Origin: Moniliella sp. 'wahieum'
Lineage: Eukaryota
NCBI GenBank assembly: GCA_003971905.1
Contig: RSEE01000014.1
Coordinates: forward strand, 372,001 to 436,000
Direction of reading: 5' to 3'
DNA length: 64,000 bases
Shown: positions 1 to 12,861 of the stretch, piece after piece
Position numbering within the stretch: the first letter of the stretch is position 1
Layout: each line of letters starts with the position of its first letter
Made by a program: the position numbers and the translations under genes
Notes under the pieces: model-generated
What the model was told of the DNA's origin: nothing
Databases searched by the model: none
The model's input: only the letters and a program-made list of their open reading frames with translations

Positions 1-2038
1 GCGCTCGGTGGCGCTGTTAATGGCACAGTTGCCACTGGTATTTGCCCTGGCGGGACGCAACTCGCCCATCGCGTTGATCACAGGCGTAAGTTTCAACACC
101 TCGATGCTGTACCACCGTTGGTTTGCTCGTCTTATCGTTTTCCACGCGATCGTTCATGGCTCCTCCACAACCTGGCTCAAGCTCCAGACTGGACGGGCTA
201 GTCTGCAAGAACTGTATGCGTACCCATTTGCCCGCTGGGGAATTACCGCCCTCTGCCTCTTTGTCTCATTTGCTTCATGGCTTATATTCCGATACGGAGG
301 TATTCGTATGAGGTGCGTCAACTCATTCTCCACATTCGCTCCCCCCCCCCTTTGTCAACAGAGATGTCCTCCCACTCGCATCATTCCCCACTAAAAGGAG
401 AAGACGAAACAAAAAGTGAGGAAACACATATATATTGTGGTCTAACTCTCTTCTGTCCTATTCATGTGCAGTTTTTTCTCGTGTTCCACATTGTCATGGT
501 CGCCCTCACCCTCGTCGCACTCTGGAAACACATGGACCTGCAAGGTGTCTCGCGCTACTCGGACTTTTTCTACTACCTTTACACGGCGGTGGCGCTGTGG
601 TCGATGGAGCGGGTGTGGCGCACGACACGAGTGGTGGGGATGAACCTGGGACGGAACGAGTGGTATGCATGGCAGGACGAGAGCGAACGAACCAAGAAAC
701 AATGGTACGAAGGGTGGACTTCGCAGGCTGTCTGTCGCACCCTGCCCGACGGTGCAGTGCACGTGCGGATCTACCTGGCTGGCTGGTTGGCGCGCCATTC
801 GCCTTTGCTCACCGTCAAGGCGGGGCAACACGTGTACCTCAACCTGCCCCTTGTTCAACTGGGCAGCATGCACCCTTTCTCTGTCATCGCCAGTGGACAC
901 CAGTCGGTCCCCGACAGCCTGCCCGTCTCGTCCCCCGACCCAACTCTTTCCCCAGTACCTCAACGAACCGCCCAACCGTACCTTGATCTGGCCATCATGC
1001 CACAATCTGGGTTCACGCGGCGGCTCACAACCGAGGTCCGTGGCCGTCACCCCGCGCGTTTGCCACACCGGCGTTTGTGGAAGGTCCGTACGGGAGGCCC
1101 GTTGATGCCTCTGGGCACCGCACGCTTGTTCTGCTCGCCGGTGGGATAGGCATCACGCATTGTCTCGCAGTCCTGGTCCACACTCTTACTGGGGTGTGTA
1201 CTGCCCCACCGGTGGAGGAACGCAAAAAAATTGTATTGGTGTGGAGCGTGCGGGACCCGCGGTCATTTGCCCTTCTTCTCCCCTACCTACGATCCTCCTT
1301 GGACAGCATCGCGGATCACGGAAAGTTGTCCGGCCCGGCCCGACTTACGATCAAAGTGTTCCTCACCAGTCCCTGGTCCCCCTCCACGTCCAGCATTCAC
1401 CACGATCGCAAGAGCATGTCAAAAGACGAGATTGGCGTGGCTGCTGGACGTACCGAGGTACCCCCTGGACCAAGCGCCGACATGCAAAGAAAGAAGGAGA
1501 TTCAGGGCCAAGAAGGCGTTGAAATGGTGGTCGATCTCGGCTCGGACGGGGAAGAGACGTACGCCGTGCACGGTGACGAAGCCACAAGACACGAAACTGT
1601 GGGCAACCGCCAGGCACACCCGTTCCACCTCCGTCGTGCACGCACCTTCTGCGTCCGACGCTACACTTTCTTCCGTCTTCCTTTCCTTTCCCATGGATGG
1701 TCGGATGCACGCTCTGCAGCTCCAACTGAAGACAAAAAGGACGAGGCAACCAAAATGGGGATCCCACCTGCTTTGCTCAAGGTGTTGATAGAAGAGTCCC
1801 ATGTGTCGAAAAAGGACTTGGCACTGCTGGAGGCGCATTCTGCCTTGTTTTTTGAGCTGGGAAAAGGCCTGATTTTGTTCAAGAGATGGCGACGGCCATC
1901 CCTGCTGGCGAAAGGAACGTCTTGGTTACCGCCTGTGGTGCACCGGCCTTTTCAGATTCTGTCCGTAACGCCGTTCGGCAAGTACGCTCAATAAGCCATT
2001 GTACCATTGATTTTCACGAAGAGTGTTTCTCATGGTAA
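1..2038 (+). CDS. Ferric/cupric reductase (FRE/NOX family), 5'-truncated by the window edge
   Basis: Ferric-reductase TM motifs (LAGRNSPI..ITGVSF..YHRW, FHAIVH, FFLVFHIVM), FAD motif HPFSV, NADPH motifs EGPYG, LLAGGIGIT and LVWSVR, and C-terminal ACG..F.D.VR..FHEECFSW* (stop 2036-2038). GT-AG intron ~313-471. Several indels. Confidence 0.9.
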
Positions 2039-2849
2039 ATCACTGCTCTCGAGTCCATCTGCCCGTTTCCTGTTCCAGCAGAAACTCAGTTATCCTCATC
2101 AGAGGCATCTTACCTATCATATCTCCCCCTTCCTCTTCCCTCATCTCCTGCCTCTTTCTTTATCGTCTGCCCTGGTGGCAGACTCGATTTTTTGCTCCCT
2201 TTTCGCCGTATGTATCCCTCAACACATCCGAACAAGGTGCCGGCACTTCTGTATTCAATTTCCCCTCAAACACTTACGTGGTGGAACGCCCCGTTGCACT
2301 GTTCTCATCGTCTCAATGCTGCGTCTCGCTCGCAGGGTGTTATGTCTCGATTCTACTGTGGCATTTTTTGCTATACATGTTCTATGCTATACCCCCTCTC
2401 GGCGGCCTGGAGGAACTGGGCCCTCTCTCTGCTATAGGGTGCTTGACCGGCCTGACCGCGGCAAGCATCAGTATGGCCGGGGACGGGAACTAAGGAGGTC
2501 AACCCCGGCGGAAGCACACATATATACTATCGTAGCGAGATTCTGTTGTGGACCTCTTTGCATGTTATAAGGAAAATCAGAGCGTACTACTTACGACATA
2601 CTATACACCCCAACCCACCGTTGTACCACCCATCAACCACAATAAGAAAGACAAGAGAAAAGTGTAATACGCTATTAGTATAAATATACTCCAAGCAAAA
2701 CGACCGCATCTCGAGAAATGATCCATCTGCTTGCTCGGCCCTTGCAAAGAAGGGCAAGACGCCTTGTCTGTGCTACCGGGAACCGAACCGAGACCCACAC
2801 GCATCAAGGGGATGTTCGAGGATGAAGGACAAACGATTCGTTACCAAGT

Positions 2850-5025
2850 ACAAATACATAGATATGCGCACCACCCACATACTGTCACACCCCCACCAAC
2901 ACCATCGCCGCCGAGACAATGGAGGTGGCCCAAATCCATTGTGCGGTAGCCGTTGGTGGGGGCGGAAGACTGCTGCCAAAGCACCTCCATCCCTCGGGAT
3001 AAAGTTCCACCGACCCCGTCCCCCGCTCGCCCACACCAAGAACAATCGGGAAACTCATCCCTTCTTCGCGCGCAGTGATACGAAAGGCGACCCGCTCAGG
3101 CGCTTGACCTGCCACCGACGATCGGGCTGGTCAAACGGACTAAAGCTCACCTCAACCGCTTTGCCGTCCCCCTTAGGCGAAGGGAGGGTCAGACGGAACG
3201 GCGGCGTGTCGGGTACGGGGGAAACGCCGACACTCACGTCGACGCCCACACCCGAACTTGAACCAGCTCCGACGGGAAGGTCACGAGACCCGTCGCGAGA
3301 CAAGGAAGCTCTGGTGGCTGCCCCGCCCGATGCACCGCCCGATGCCGACGAGGCCGATGCCGCACCGTGCTCCGACCCAAACAAGAGAGAGGAACTGCTC
3401 TCGGACCCAAGCCAGGGGAACGACGGTGACGCGCCGGCGTGGAGCTCGGGGAGGAACTACCGGTACCTTCGACGGGCGACGGCGAGGCAGGCAGCTCGGT
3501 TGCCTCGGGGCGAGCGTAATTGCGATCGGAGCTCGTGCGCGCTTCGCGTGGTGGAGGCAGGTGCAGGGCACGTGCGGTGGAGTGAAGAGTGAGAGAGTGG
3601 GTCAGCCCCCGACCTGGCCAGGGTGCTTGTGCTTCAGGCCAAGTGAGAGCGCCGCGTTGGCGGGGGCGTGGAACCGAGTCAAGGCCACCGGTTGCGGCGA
3701 GGCCAGCGGGTTTAGGAGATCGCTGTTGGGTCGTACCATGGGAGACGGAGGTGGTAGAAAGCGAATTGGGACCGAGGGGCGGTCGACGGAGACTGAAGCG
3801 CGACTTGAGTTTTTCTTCGTGGTTTGGGGTCTTCTTGCACGGGAGACGAGGTGGTAGCAGTAGCAGGGGAGCTAGGGAAGAACCATGCGACCGATGGACT
3901 TTCCGAGGTGGAGGAAGTGGAGGACCGTTGGTTCCGTGCATCAGCCGTGTTGGAAGCACTGACAGTGGGGGTAAGTGTACGGGAAGAAAGGGAGGCACTG
4001 ACAGTGGTCAACAAACGTAGTGCCCGTTTGCTGCCCAAATGTGTAGCCGTTCCTCCTCCTGGAGCGGGTGGTGGGGGTGCACTAGCAGGCGCACCAGCGT
4101 TGGTCAAGGAGACGATTTGACGGCCTTGTTGTGCTCCGAGCTGGTGTAGAGTGGCCATGTGAGGCGAAGAAAAGGGATGAGCAGGCCGTGCCCAGGGGGT
4201 GTGGACGAGGACGACGCGTTCGGCAGCCAAATGGGTAAGGCTTGCGAGGGGGAAACAGAGTGTCCAGGCCGAGGAGCCAGCGGTATGGGCTACCGCCCAG
4301 GTTGGCAGGCCCGACCCCAGGTACAAGGGGCTGACGTGCCATTCCGACGGATTGAGGGGTAAACCCAGGCGTGCCAGAGCGTCTGTATGAGCAGTGAGGA
4401 CAGGGAGAAGGGACGTGTCTGCCTCTTGTACGGGGGTGTCCGTCGGGCAGAGGGAGAGGCGCAGACTACCCTGCTCTGAATCCCACGGACAGGCGCATTC
4501 CTCATCCTTGCTCTCGGACAGTGGCGGGGGGGGCTCGCAGGCAACGGTGGCAGGAGGACGGAAGGGTCGTGGGTGACCTGGCGCAAGGTAGCATCGAGCA
4601 TGTTCGCGTCGAGCATTGCAATGTCGCGGTCGGGAACGAGGCAGAGGCTGGCAAAGCCACCGAGGGGGGAGGCGAGTCGCTGTGGGGGTGAGTGATGGGG
4701 GGGCGACGGGCAGGGCAGCAGGATCGGAGGTGAGCAGCAAACTGTCCTCTTCGTCCGTACCGTCAGGAGGCGGGGCTGCGGGGAAGAGGCGGGGTTGGGC
4801 AGAAGGGTCCCATGCGCCGGCGACGGCCTGGGCACGCGGAGCGGTTTGGGTGAGGGGGGCAGCGAGGGTGGCAAGGACGCGGGAACGGGCGTGGGAGGAG
4901 AGGAGGCCGATGGTGATGGAGGAGCGGTGGCGCAGCCGCGGATGGCTTGGGGCCCAGGCCCTGGGGGGTGGGGGTGGGGGGCTCGTGGGGCGGCGCGGCG
5001 GCGCTGCCTGCGGGCGGGGGGGCAT
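2850..5025 (-). CDS. Hypothetical protein (frameshifted; 3' end uncertain)
   Basis: Long GC-rich ORF pieces 3712-5403, 3234-3998 and 3055-3384 overlap on the - strand, with a plausible ATG at 5025 (MPPRPQAAP...). No recognised domain. Confidence 0.5.
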
Positions 5026-5549
5026 GAGGAGGTGGGGGACGGGGGGGGGGGATGGGAGGGAGAGGAGGAGACAGAGGCGGCGGGGGCGGGCTGGGCTTGC
5101 TGGGACAGACTGATGCCCGTCAGCACCAGGCAGAGGCGGGCAAGGAATATGAATCGGTGCGCAAAGACGTCGGGTGGGGAAGAAGAGGTCAGGAGCGATC
5201 AGCGGTCGCTGCGATGACGGCTGCGTCCAGCTGGGCCTGTGGGCTGGTGCGGGGGAGGCGAGGGGCACTACGCCGCAGGGCGTCTGCAGTACGTAGTACT
5301 TACTCATCCAAATGAGCGCAGCAGGGTGCACCCCGGCGGCGTTGGGCGTCTGCCGGTCTGCCGCTGTAGGGAGGGCACGGCGTGCGGCATGCTGGCGCAT
5401 CAACGACGAAGCTCTAAGCGCTGCGCTGCCAGCTGCTGAAGCCTATCGATGGTTAGCACGTTTAGCGCGCTTAGCACTTCCAGCGTCGCCAGCGCCCTGC
5501 CCAGCACCAGGGGGCACGGCTAGCGGGATGCGATCGATGCGTGCGCATG

Positions 5550-5817
5550 GGACCGGTGACGCGTGACGCGTGACGTAGCCTGCGACTTGACTGTGTTGAC
5601 TAGATGACTAGGTGGCTACCGACTACTGACTACTGACCGGTGAAGAGGACAAGTAATGCATGATGCACGCAACAAGCACATGTATGTGTTTCTTATTTTC
5701 GGAGCTCTCCGATCTCCGCCACCGCTTGGCCCAGAGGCTGATGCGCTGAAGCTTCAAGCTGACCCTCCCCCCAAGACCAGGGCGTCCGGTCCTGAGGCCT
5801 GAGGCTCAGGCCTGAGG
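5550..5817. repeat. Cluster of 7-bp TNA+palindromic-tetramer units
   Basis: GACCGG-TGACGCG-TGACGCG-TGACG (5551-5575), TGAAGCTTCAAGCT, TGAGGCC-TGAGGC-TCAGGCC-TGAGG (5793-5817). Confidence 0.8.
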
Positions 5818-6906
5818 TTCACCGGGTAGGGCACTGTCCATGTCAGCACGGGCTGGGCGGCGACCGTCACCAGGGTGGGTAGAATGTGGCTTGCTGGGAC
5901 GCAGAGCAGGCGGCACGCGCTGGCACAGCGCCAGAGGGAGCCTCAGACCCCTCGCTTGGCCGTGCAGGGTGCAGGCGTGTGTGACATGTGGCATGCCATG
6001 GAGGGTGTGTGATCAGGAGCATGCCTCCGGGGTGTTCTGTGGCGGACAGGCGCCGTGGCGTTGCGGTGGCAGTGTCTGCCTGTCTCGACCTGTCTCTGGC
6101 GTATCTGCCCGCCGCCCTCCGCCCTCCGACGCTGCCTGCCCCCGCAGTGCCCCAGCGTGCCCAGCCTGCGTAGTCCCTGTCCTCCGGATCGTGGGTTGCG
6201 CACTTTAGACGTCTTACGTACCAGGTGCGTTATTCCCGCACGCAGGCTTTGTCACGTGACTGGAGTGCGCCCCGGTGCTGGCCAGTGGCCGCCAGCTCAG
6301 ATATGGTCCTGTTGGCCCCACTCGCGCCCCTGCGCCCTTGACAAGTGGGTGACGCCATCGCGCCACTCTGCCTGCAAGCACTACCTCCTACTCCTGCCCG
6401 CTCCCCATGGCGGCCATTAACGTTTAACGTACTCTTCATTCCCAGACCTCCCCTCCCCTTTGCGTTGCTCGTGCCTGCCCCATCCCACCCATCCCATCCC
6501 AACACAATAACCATTCCCATCATCAGGCCGCGTGGTGCCCCCGTAAAAACATACCCTACTAGCAAGCCTCGATGTTTCTTCCGCAGTTTTGCTTTGCTTT
6601 TTTCATTCGCCTAACCTTCTTCAACCTTATTCACCCCGCCTACTCAGTATATCATGTTGCCATGACGACGACAGCTGTAGCAATGGTGGGCCTGACGTAA
6701 TGGTCCGTGCTTCCCCCAGGCCTCGCGGCCTCAAGCCTCACGCGCCATCGTCGACCCTAAATCGCATCTGCAGTCCCTAGTCACTATCTCTAGTCCAGTC
6801 ACTAGCCACCTTGCTCAGTACACAGACAACTGCCCCAAACACACACCCCTGGTCAATGACCGATGACCACCCCAGTAGAATTCTTCTACCAAATTGGACG
6901 CGGGCC

Positions 6907-7805
6907 TCACGAGCTTGTTCGTGGCTTGCGGAAAACGACAGTCGACGTCGCCGAGCCCGACTTTCCGCCCTGCCAATCGAACAAACCAAGTAGTCAGCAC
7001 CTACTTTCCCAATCCAGGTCCACACCCTTAGCCCAACATGCCCAAGCATCACGTACAAACGAAACGTTGGTGCTGGCACGACTGTCACGCACTCCAAGCC
7101 CGCCGGGAGGAGGTGAAGCGAGCGCGGAGCTCGGGGGCGGTAAAGTTGCAAGAGCACAACCACAGTCCCTCGTCGGCCAACAGGGTGGGTACCAGCTGCT
7201 CGTACCGCTGCACGGGCGTTTGGCCATCGGCATTGGCCTGGGACGAGAGCGCGATGGCATCGTACGTGCCCTTGTCCAGGACCAGGTCCCATCCTTCGTC
7301 TGGCTTGGCAGGATTGGCCTGGCCACGCAGCGCCGTGATTGATGCCGTATCAAGCACGTCGGCGGTGGCAAACCGGACTTGCTGCTCGGCCGCGCCTCGC
7401 TTTTCCGCCACGGCACGGGCGAGGGTGACACTGTCCTGGCAATAGTCCACGCCCAGCATCCGGGCTGGCGAGGGGCTGGCTCGGTCTCGGCCTGGACCAG
7501 GCCAAAGAGAACATTGCCGTTGCCCGTACCTAGGTCCAGAATGCTGAGCTGGTCAGGGGACGGGGCAAAGGATGAACCTTGGTATCCCCCGCGTCGTCGT
7601 TGTCATCCTCCTCGTCCTCGTCCTCGTCGATATTGGCAGCGCGCTCAAACCAACCTACCAGCCGGTCGACCGCCTCGTCGCCAAACCACACTTCGCCCTC
7701 GTCACCATGATCAAAGAAGTTGGCCGTTTCGCGCGCATAGACGCTGTCCCAGTGGGCCTTGGTGCCGAGACGCGATTCAGGGAGTGGGCTGCCGGGCCGC
7801 GACAT
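6907..7805 (-). CDS. EFM4: Protein-lysine N-methyltransferase Efm4/See1 (METTL10-like)
   Basis: S.LGTK.HWD.VY.RE..NF.D.GDEGEVWFG, LDLGTGNG, GVDY, LVLDKGTYDAI, CNFT..EL and terminal F.FGG.SGS. 3' intron GTACGT...CAG (~6971-7056). The true start may lie in an upstream exon. Confidence 0.88.
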
Positions 7806-8259
7806 TAGAGGGCGAGACGGACGCACAAGAAAAAAAGGAAATGCGGCACATGATACGCGACACCAAAATGAAATGCCGACTCCCATGCCTTCGGCGACGG
7901 AATGTGCTGGATCTGATGTGGGGCTTACGTCAGCTATTCTGCTTCCTTGCTCCGAGTACTGAAAAGAGCTATATAAGGAAGGGATACACAAGAAGAAAAG
8001 AAGGCGGAAAGCCCGCTACCTTTCTGTCCTCCCTCAAACCCCCCCCCCTACCTGCAGCACGAATACCAACCAGCATCAACACCACCGCCAAATCCACCCT
8101 CACGGTCAGAGATCACCTCCACAATTCTCAAACTAATAGTAGGTCCCTTCACCATAATAGCTCATGCTACCACGGTGTCATCTCCATCATCTACCGTTCC
8201 TCTTTCCTTTCCTCCATAAGCCCGACCCCAGTCACAACAACAGCCACTCTATGAGATTG

Positions 8260-11200
8260 ATAAGACACAGACTTTATTGAGTTTGAAGTTTGATGGCCTC
8301 TTTCCTTGCCATCTCCCACACGAAAATGCGCAAAACGCCAAGTCTTCTATATATATTATGCAGGTTTGCGAAGAAGAGGGCTACTGTACTCCTTACTATA
8401 ATACACCCCAGAAGATGGTGGGAAGGATCCAGAAAGATTTCCACAATAGAGTCTGACAAAAGGAGGTGAAGATAAATCTATTTCAAATAGAAGGCAGGAA
8501 CAGATACGCAGAAGTCGAAGTTGGGCCTACAAACAGGTATACGAGCAAGTCCTCCACAAGTATAATAGTATGTGTTGAGATGTCGAGGGTGATCGAGAGA
8601 GTTGGTGAAGGGGAAAGCTATACCACACAGGTACTTCTCACTGCGCTGGACCGGTGGGTCCCAAAGCAACATGGATTGGCCTTGCCCTTATAGGACCAAA
8701 GCGTGTAACAAAAGGGTCTAGAGTATCTCCCTAGAAACGCAATAGAAAGGGGTACGGAAACAATAAGTGTCACGTTAGGTTTGGTTTGAGGCATACCCGG
8801 AAACCAGTTTCAAATACGTTTGAGGCAGTTTGTATCTTGGCTCAACAATCGCAAAGTTTGGAGCAAGTGCGCTTATCAACAGTATACGCTGTTGGTGGTC
8901 TCCAGAAACAGGACACGATAGGTATCGATGTAATACAAAACAAGAGAAATAAACCAGAGGCCAAGATCATACTTGCCAGCAGTGTATGGCCAGCAAGAGT
9001 GGGAATCAAATCACAAGGGAGTATTATATTGAAGCCAGAGACTCTCCCCTTTCTGGCTCCATCAAGAAAGACGTGAGGGCGATTGTGGAAGAGCGGCCCA
9101 CTTGGGAGAGTGCACCACAAAAGATCGAGGCTTGGTGTCAATCTTCTCGTCCCTGCTAGTGCTCCCTTCTCGTTTCTCCCCAGGAGTCTGTGGGGCACGA
9201 TGACATTGAAGATGGATCCGAGGAGTTGAAAAACGTCGGCATATATGCACTCTCACCCTGTAATATAAAGTGCATGTGGCTGGCCTTCCAACTTATTGTG
9301 TTGAGGTGAATCTTCGCGAGCGAGACTGCAAGCCACTCCATCCTCCTAGGATGTGGAGATGGAAATTGTAACAACCGAACATGGGATGTCGCCCAGCCTT
9401 TATTGTACCGATGCGTCGATGGATGCAGAAGAACTGAAAAACATGAATGGTTCACTCGTGAGCGCAGCATGCAGTACCGACACCCGTGGATGCCAAAAAT
9501 TCACTTTGGGTGGGGGGAAACTACGTGTTCCACAGCGATTCTGACGGGTACAATCTGATGATTGGGGCGCCACACCGTACGTGGTCCTCTCGGTGCCTTC
9601 TCTCAAACCAATGAAACAATTCATCCACCAGCACTGTGGCGGTACCACTGACTGAGCTCTCGTTGGAATTTGTCGACATCAGATCCACTTGGTCACTGTT
9701 TGTCACCAAATTGACTGGTCCCTGATTTGTTCTGGACCCTGTTTTCCCCCTTTGACTGTGCTCCCTTTCTTCCTCCCTGTGACTCACCTCGCAAGGTCTC
9801 TTCTTTTCCGAGGCATATATACTTCGCCCTCTTTCCACTCGATGAATATGATCCTCATCCTTTCTCCCATCTCCATCTCCTCTATTAGCATTTCTTTTTC
9901 CCCATCGGACCGGGAGAGGAGACATGTACCACAATCCTGTGGCTATATTATTGAACAGAGGCAAAGATTCTGTCTGTTGGAACCGTGGAAGTGCGTACCA
10001 GAGTAGTGCAAGTAGATAGAGCTGCTCCCCTCGTGCATGTCTGCCTTCCATGGTTGTTTTTATGCGCACAGAAAGTCTGGCACCAAAAAGAAGTCTAGGG
10101 CAGGCTCCATAGGGGTGGGGGAGCAAACCGAGTGTGATGCAGAGCGACTTACACAGGCGTATGGATACCACAAAAGTTCTCAAAATCATTGTGGCTGGAG
10201 ACAATTGCTGCTTGGGGAGAGGGTGTCTATAGGTGACGCGACGCAGACACGCCTTTCATCGTTAAGGTCCAATGTGATCCCTGCCCCATTCACCAGAAAT
10301 AGTCACAATGCCAGTGATGAACATGGAGGGGGCATTCTGATTGTGTGGCCTTGTGCTTGGATGGCTGGATTGTTGCTCCGTATTAAACGTCAAGCTGTAG
10401 GTGGTCATTGAGTCCGAGGGACTTGTCGGAGGTTTGCCAACACGTATTGCTGCATACTAAGCCAGAAGCTGAACCACCTTTTGCAAGACTGGTGGAAACA
10501 TCATCGCCTGTGTTTTGTCACGCATGCGAGTATAACGTCTTTTCGGCATCATTAATCATTGCGATATTCACTTCTTCGACAGAGAGAAGAGACTAGAAGG
10601 GAAACTGACCGCAAATCGGTCCCACAAAAGGCGCGGTACTTTCCTCAGAGCTGGGAAAGAATAAGAGGGAGTGTCTATACGTTGAGCATTATGGTCCCCG
10701 ATCATGACTAGGGCCAACGTAAGAATACCTGCCACGGACGAGGCGGCGTGTGGGCGAGCCACGCGGATGCCCCACACACTCTCGCCTTGTCTCCCTTTCA
10801 TCTGTGACTGTCAACTATATACCCCCAGACGGGACTCACTCGCCGCCTTAGTTGACCACCCAACTATTCTTCCTTATGGCGTCTAAACCGGGCGTGTTCC
10901 TTTGAATTTGGGCTATGTGACTGTCACAGTCGGGGCTAAGCGAGAGGGAGACCAGAATCGGACTAGGCCAAGGGGTGTAGCAATCGTTCGTGGGGAAGAA
11001 GCAAGAACAGAGGACATTGTGCGAAGTGGAAGGAACAGGGAAGGAGTGAGACGCTCGAGACGAACAAATTGGAAATGGAAGCGAGATCAGCCAAACCATG
11101 ACAGTGACCTTCTAGCTGTATGGATTGAGTCCCTCTTTCATACGGCCAACTAAGGTAGTCCGTGCCCTTTACTTTTTGTACCTCTCTCTCCCTGCTTTTA

Positions 11201-11487
11201 TTCTGCTTCGAATCATTTGTACTTTTCAACCTAAGTTTTTGTATGTCAATGAGCTCTGATAGTTGCTAAGCCTCCTGTTCGGATCTGTGTGTATGCGTCC
11301 ACGGCGTTACCAAGTTGGGAAGCTCTCCCCTCAAATGCATTTTTCTAGTTCTTGGATGAGATGCCGGAGAAAGCCCACCCTTTTTGGGTTTGTCTCTTGC
11401 TTCTGGGATCTTTTGTTCTTTGCTGAGGAATGGGGCGTTTTCCCTTTCTAGGCTCTGTTCCCTTTTCCTGAGGGCTACAAACCTCAT
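8260..11487 (-). mobile_element. Highly degenerate non-LTR retrotransposon (L1/Tx1-type LINE) relic
   Basis: Ordered remnants on the - strand. Endonuclease: MRFVAL (11487), QET, GGLA, GVY, MIGDHNA (~10686-10705), NDH. RT: GPVNLVTNSD (~9700), degenerate QG, YADV (9243-9232), KIDTK, TLAGHTLLASMILAS (~8960-9005). Many stops and indels; ends approximate. Confidence 0.6.
10922..11103 (+). mobile_element. Solo LTR (182 bp), family A copy 1
   Basis: Begins TGTCA and ends TGACA. Flanked by a perfect 5-bp TSD GTGAC (10917-10921 and 11104-11108). Similar to the inverted copy at 17530-17719. Confidence 0.85.
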
Positions 11488-12470
11488 CGTTTTTTTTGCT
11501 TCCGTTTGCACTATATCTATTCCTTTATAGTTTCTCTTTGCTGCCAGCCTACACCTACGTGATCTCGCTGATTAGTGTCTTTTTTCCCCATATCATAATA
11601 GGAGGTCAACTTTTCTCTTCATCCTACCAGTGTGTCAGTCCAACTTCAACAGCAATAAGCCGTTCTTGCTCTTTCAGTACATGTGCCCATCAGTACATGC
11701 TTTCTCCATTCAGCATCCAGTGCCGTTGAAGTACATAGCATCCAGTCATCTATTCTTCCCTCCGGATCCCCCACTGCGAACCTCTGAGAGTCGAGTTGTT
11801 CCATATAGTGACTCCGTACAGGGAGTCGTTTTGGTTTATACTGTAGTCAGCCCATGACAATATATAACTTCCTTATAGCACACTTCAGTAGCTCTGTGTT
11901 GAAGACAAAGACAAAAAGGTCCAACCACAAAGCCGAGCCCTCCTTCATCCGCGTCGATCTCCAGCGTTTGTCCGCCGCTGCTTCCTCTCGTCCCTAAGCC
12001 CCAGAGGCTTCAGACGCGTTACTATTACGGCCCAAACCGGTGCAGACGCAGCCTTATTGCCAGTGCAGTCGCCCCACCAAAGGCCTCGCCTCGTCCCTAG
12101 CTTCGCTCGGATTCACCAACTAGCCCAAGTCCGAAACTACCTTGAGTCTTCCTTCCTCTCCTAAGGGATGACACCCACGAACCTGGGTGAGCCCCCTGGC
12201 GGGGCCCGCCCGTGACACTGTGATACATATATGCGAGAGAGGAAACACATCATGATGACGATGAAGACATATGTTGTGACATACTGGATTTGTTCCCTAC
12301 AAAAGGCCTTCAGCCGAGAGAGTCCCATGGGGGAGTTGAGCCATAGTAGGTGCAGCTCGTGCACGCTCCATGACATGCATGGCATCCCCTTCCCACACTT
12401 GTGGTCACCTCTGCTAGCTGGCAGCAGAGAAGCTGCTCCAGAACAAAATGGAACGATGTTGTTTCAAGAA

Positions 12471-12553
12471 GGCCTCTTGGCGCAGCGCGGTAGCGCGTGA
12501 GATTCCAGTTCTTGGTATCCTCAAGGTCATCCGTTCAAATCGGGTAGGGGTCA
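12471..12553 (+). tRNA. tRNA-Trp(CCA) with short intron
   Basis: Cloverleaf with GGCCTCT/AGGGGTC acceptor, GCGC D stem, CCA anticodon, 8-9 nt intron and ATCCG-TTCAAAT-CGGGT T arm. T6 terminator at 12561-12566. Confidence 0.9.
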
Positions 12554-12861
12554 AGTTACATTTTTTCGTTTGCCGCTTTTTGTCCTTCTTTTCGCAGGCA
12601 TGTGCCAATTTTTCGTGAAGACAGTAATTACCCCCCCTCTCCCTGCTGTGCATTTCCAAACTCGAGTATACTCAGCCTACTACATCCTTCCGTCAGAAGG
12701 TCGTCGCCTTCACCATCTCATATGACACAGAGCAGGCTGATATGTTGCAATGCATCACGACGACGTCAGTCGACATAGAGAACAGGATAGAACACTGAAA
12801 CGAGAGTAAAAAAGGATATGATTGATTCGAGAGAGCAGAGGGAAAGTGGGCGCTACCAAGG

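Noticed and set aside
12023..12217. Possible third solo LTR (TATTACGG...CCGTGACA)
   Set aside because: The left terminus is degenerate, there is no TSD, and no second copy exists in the window.
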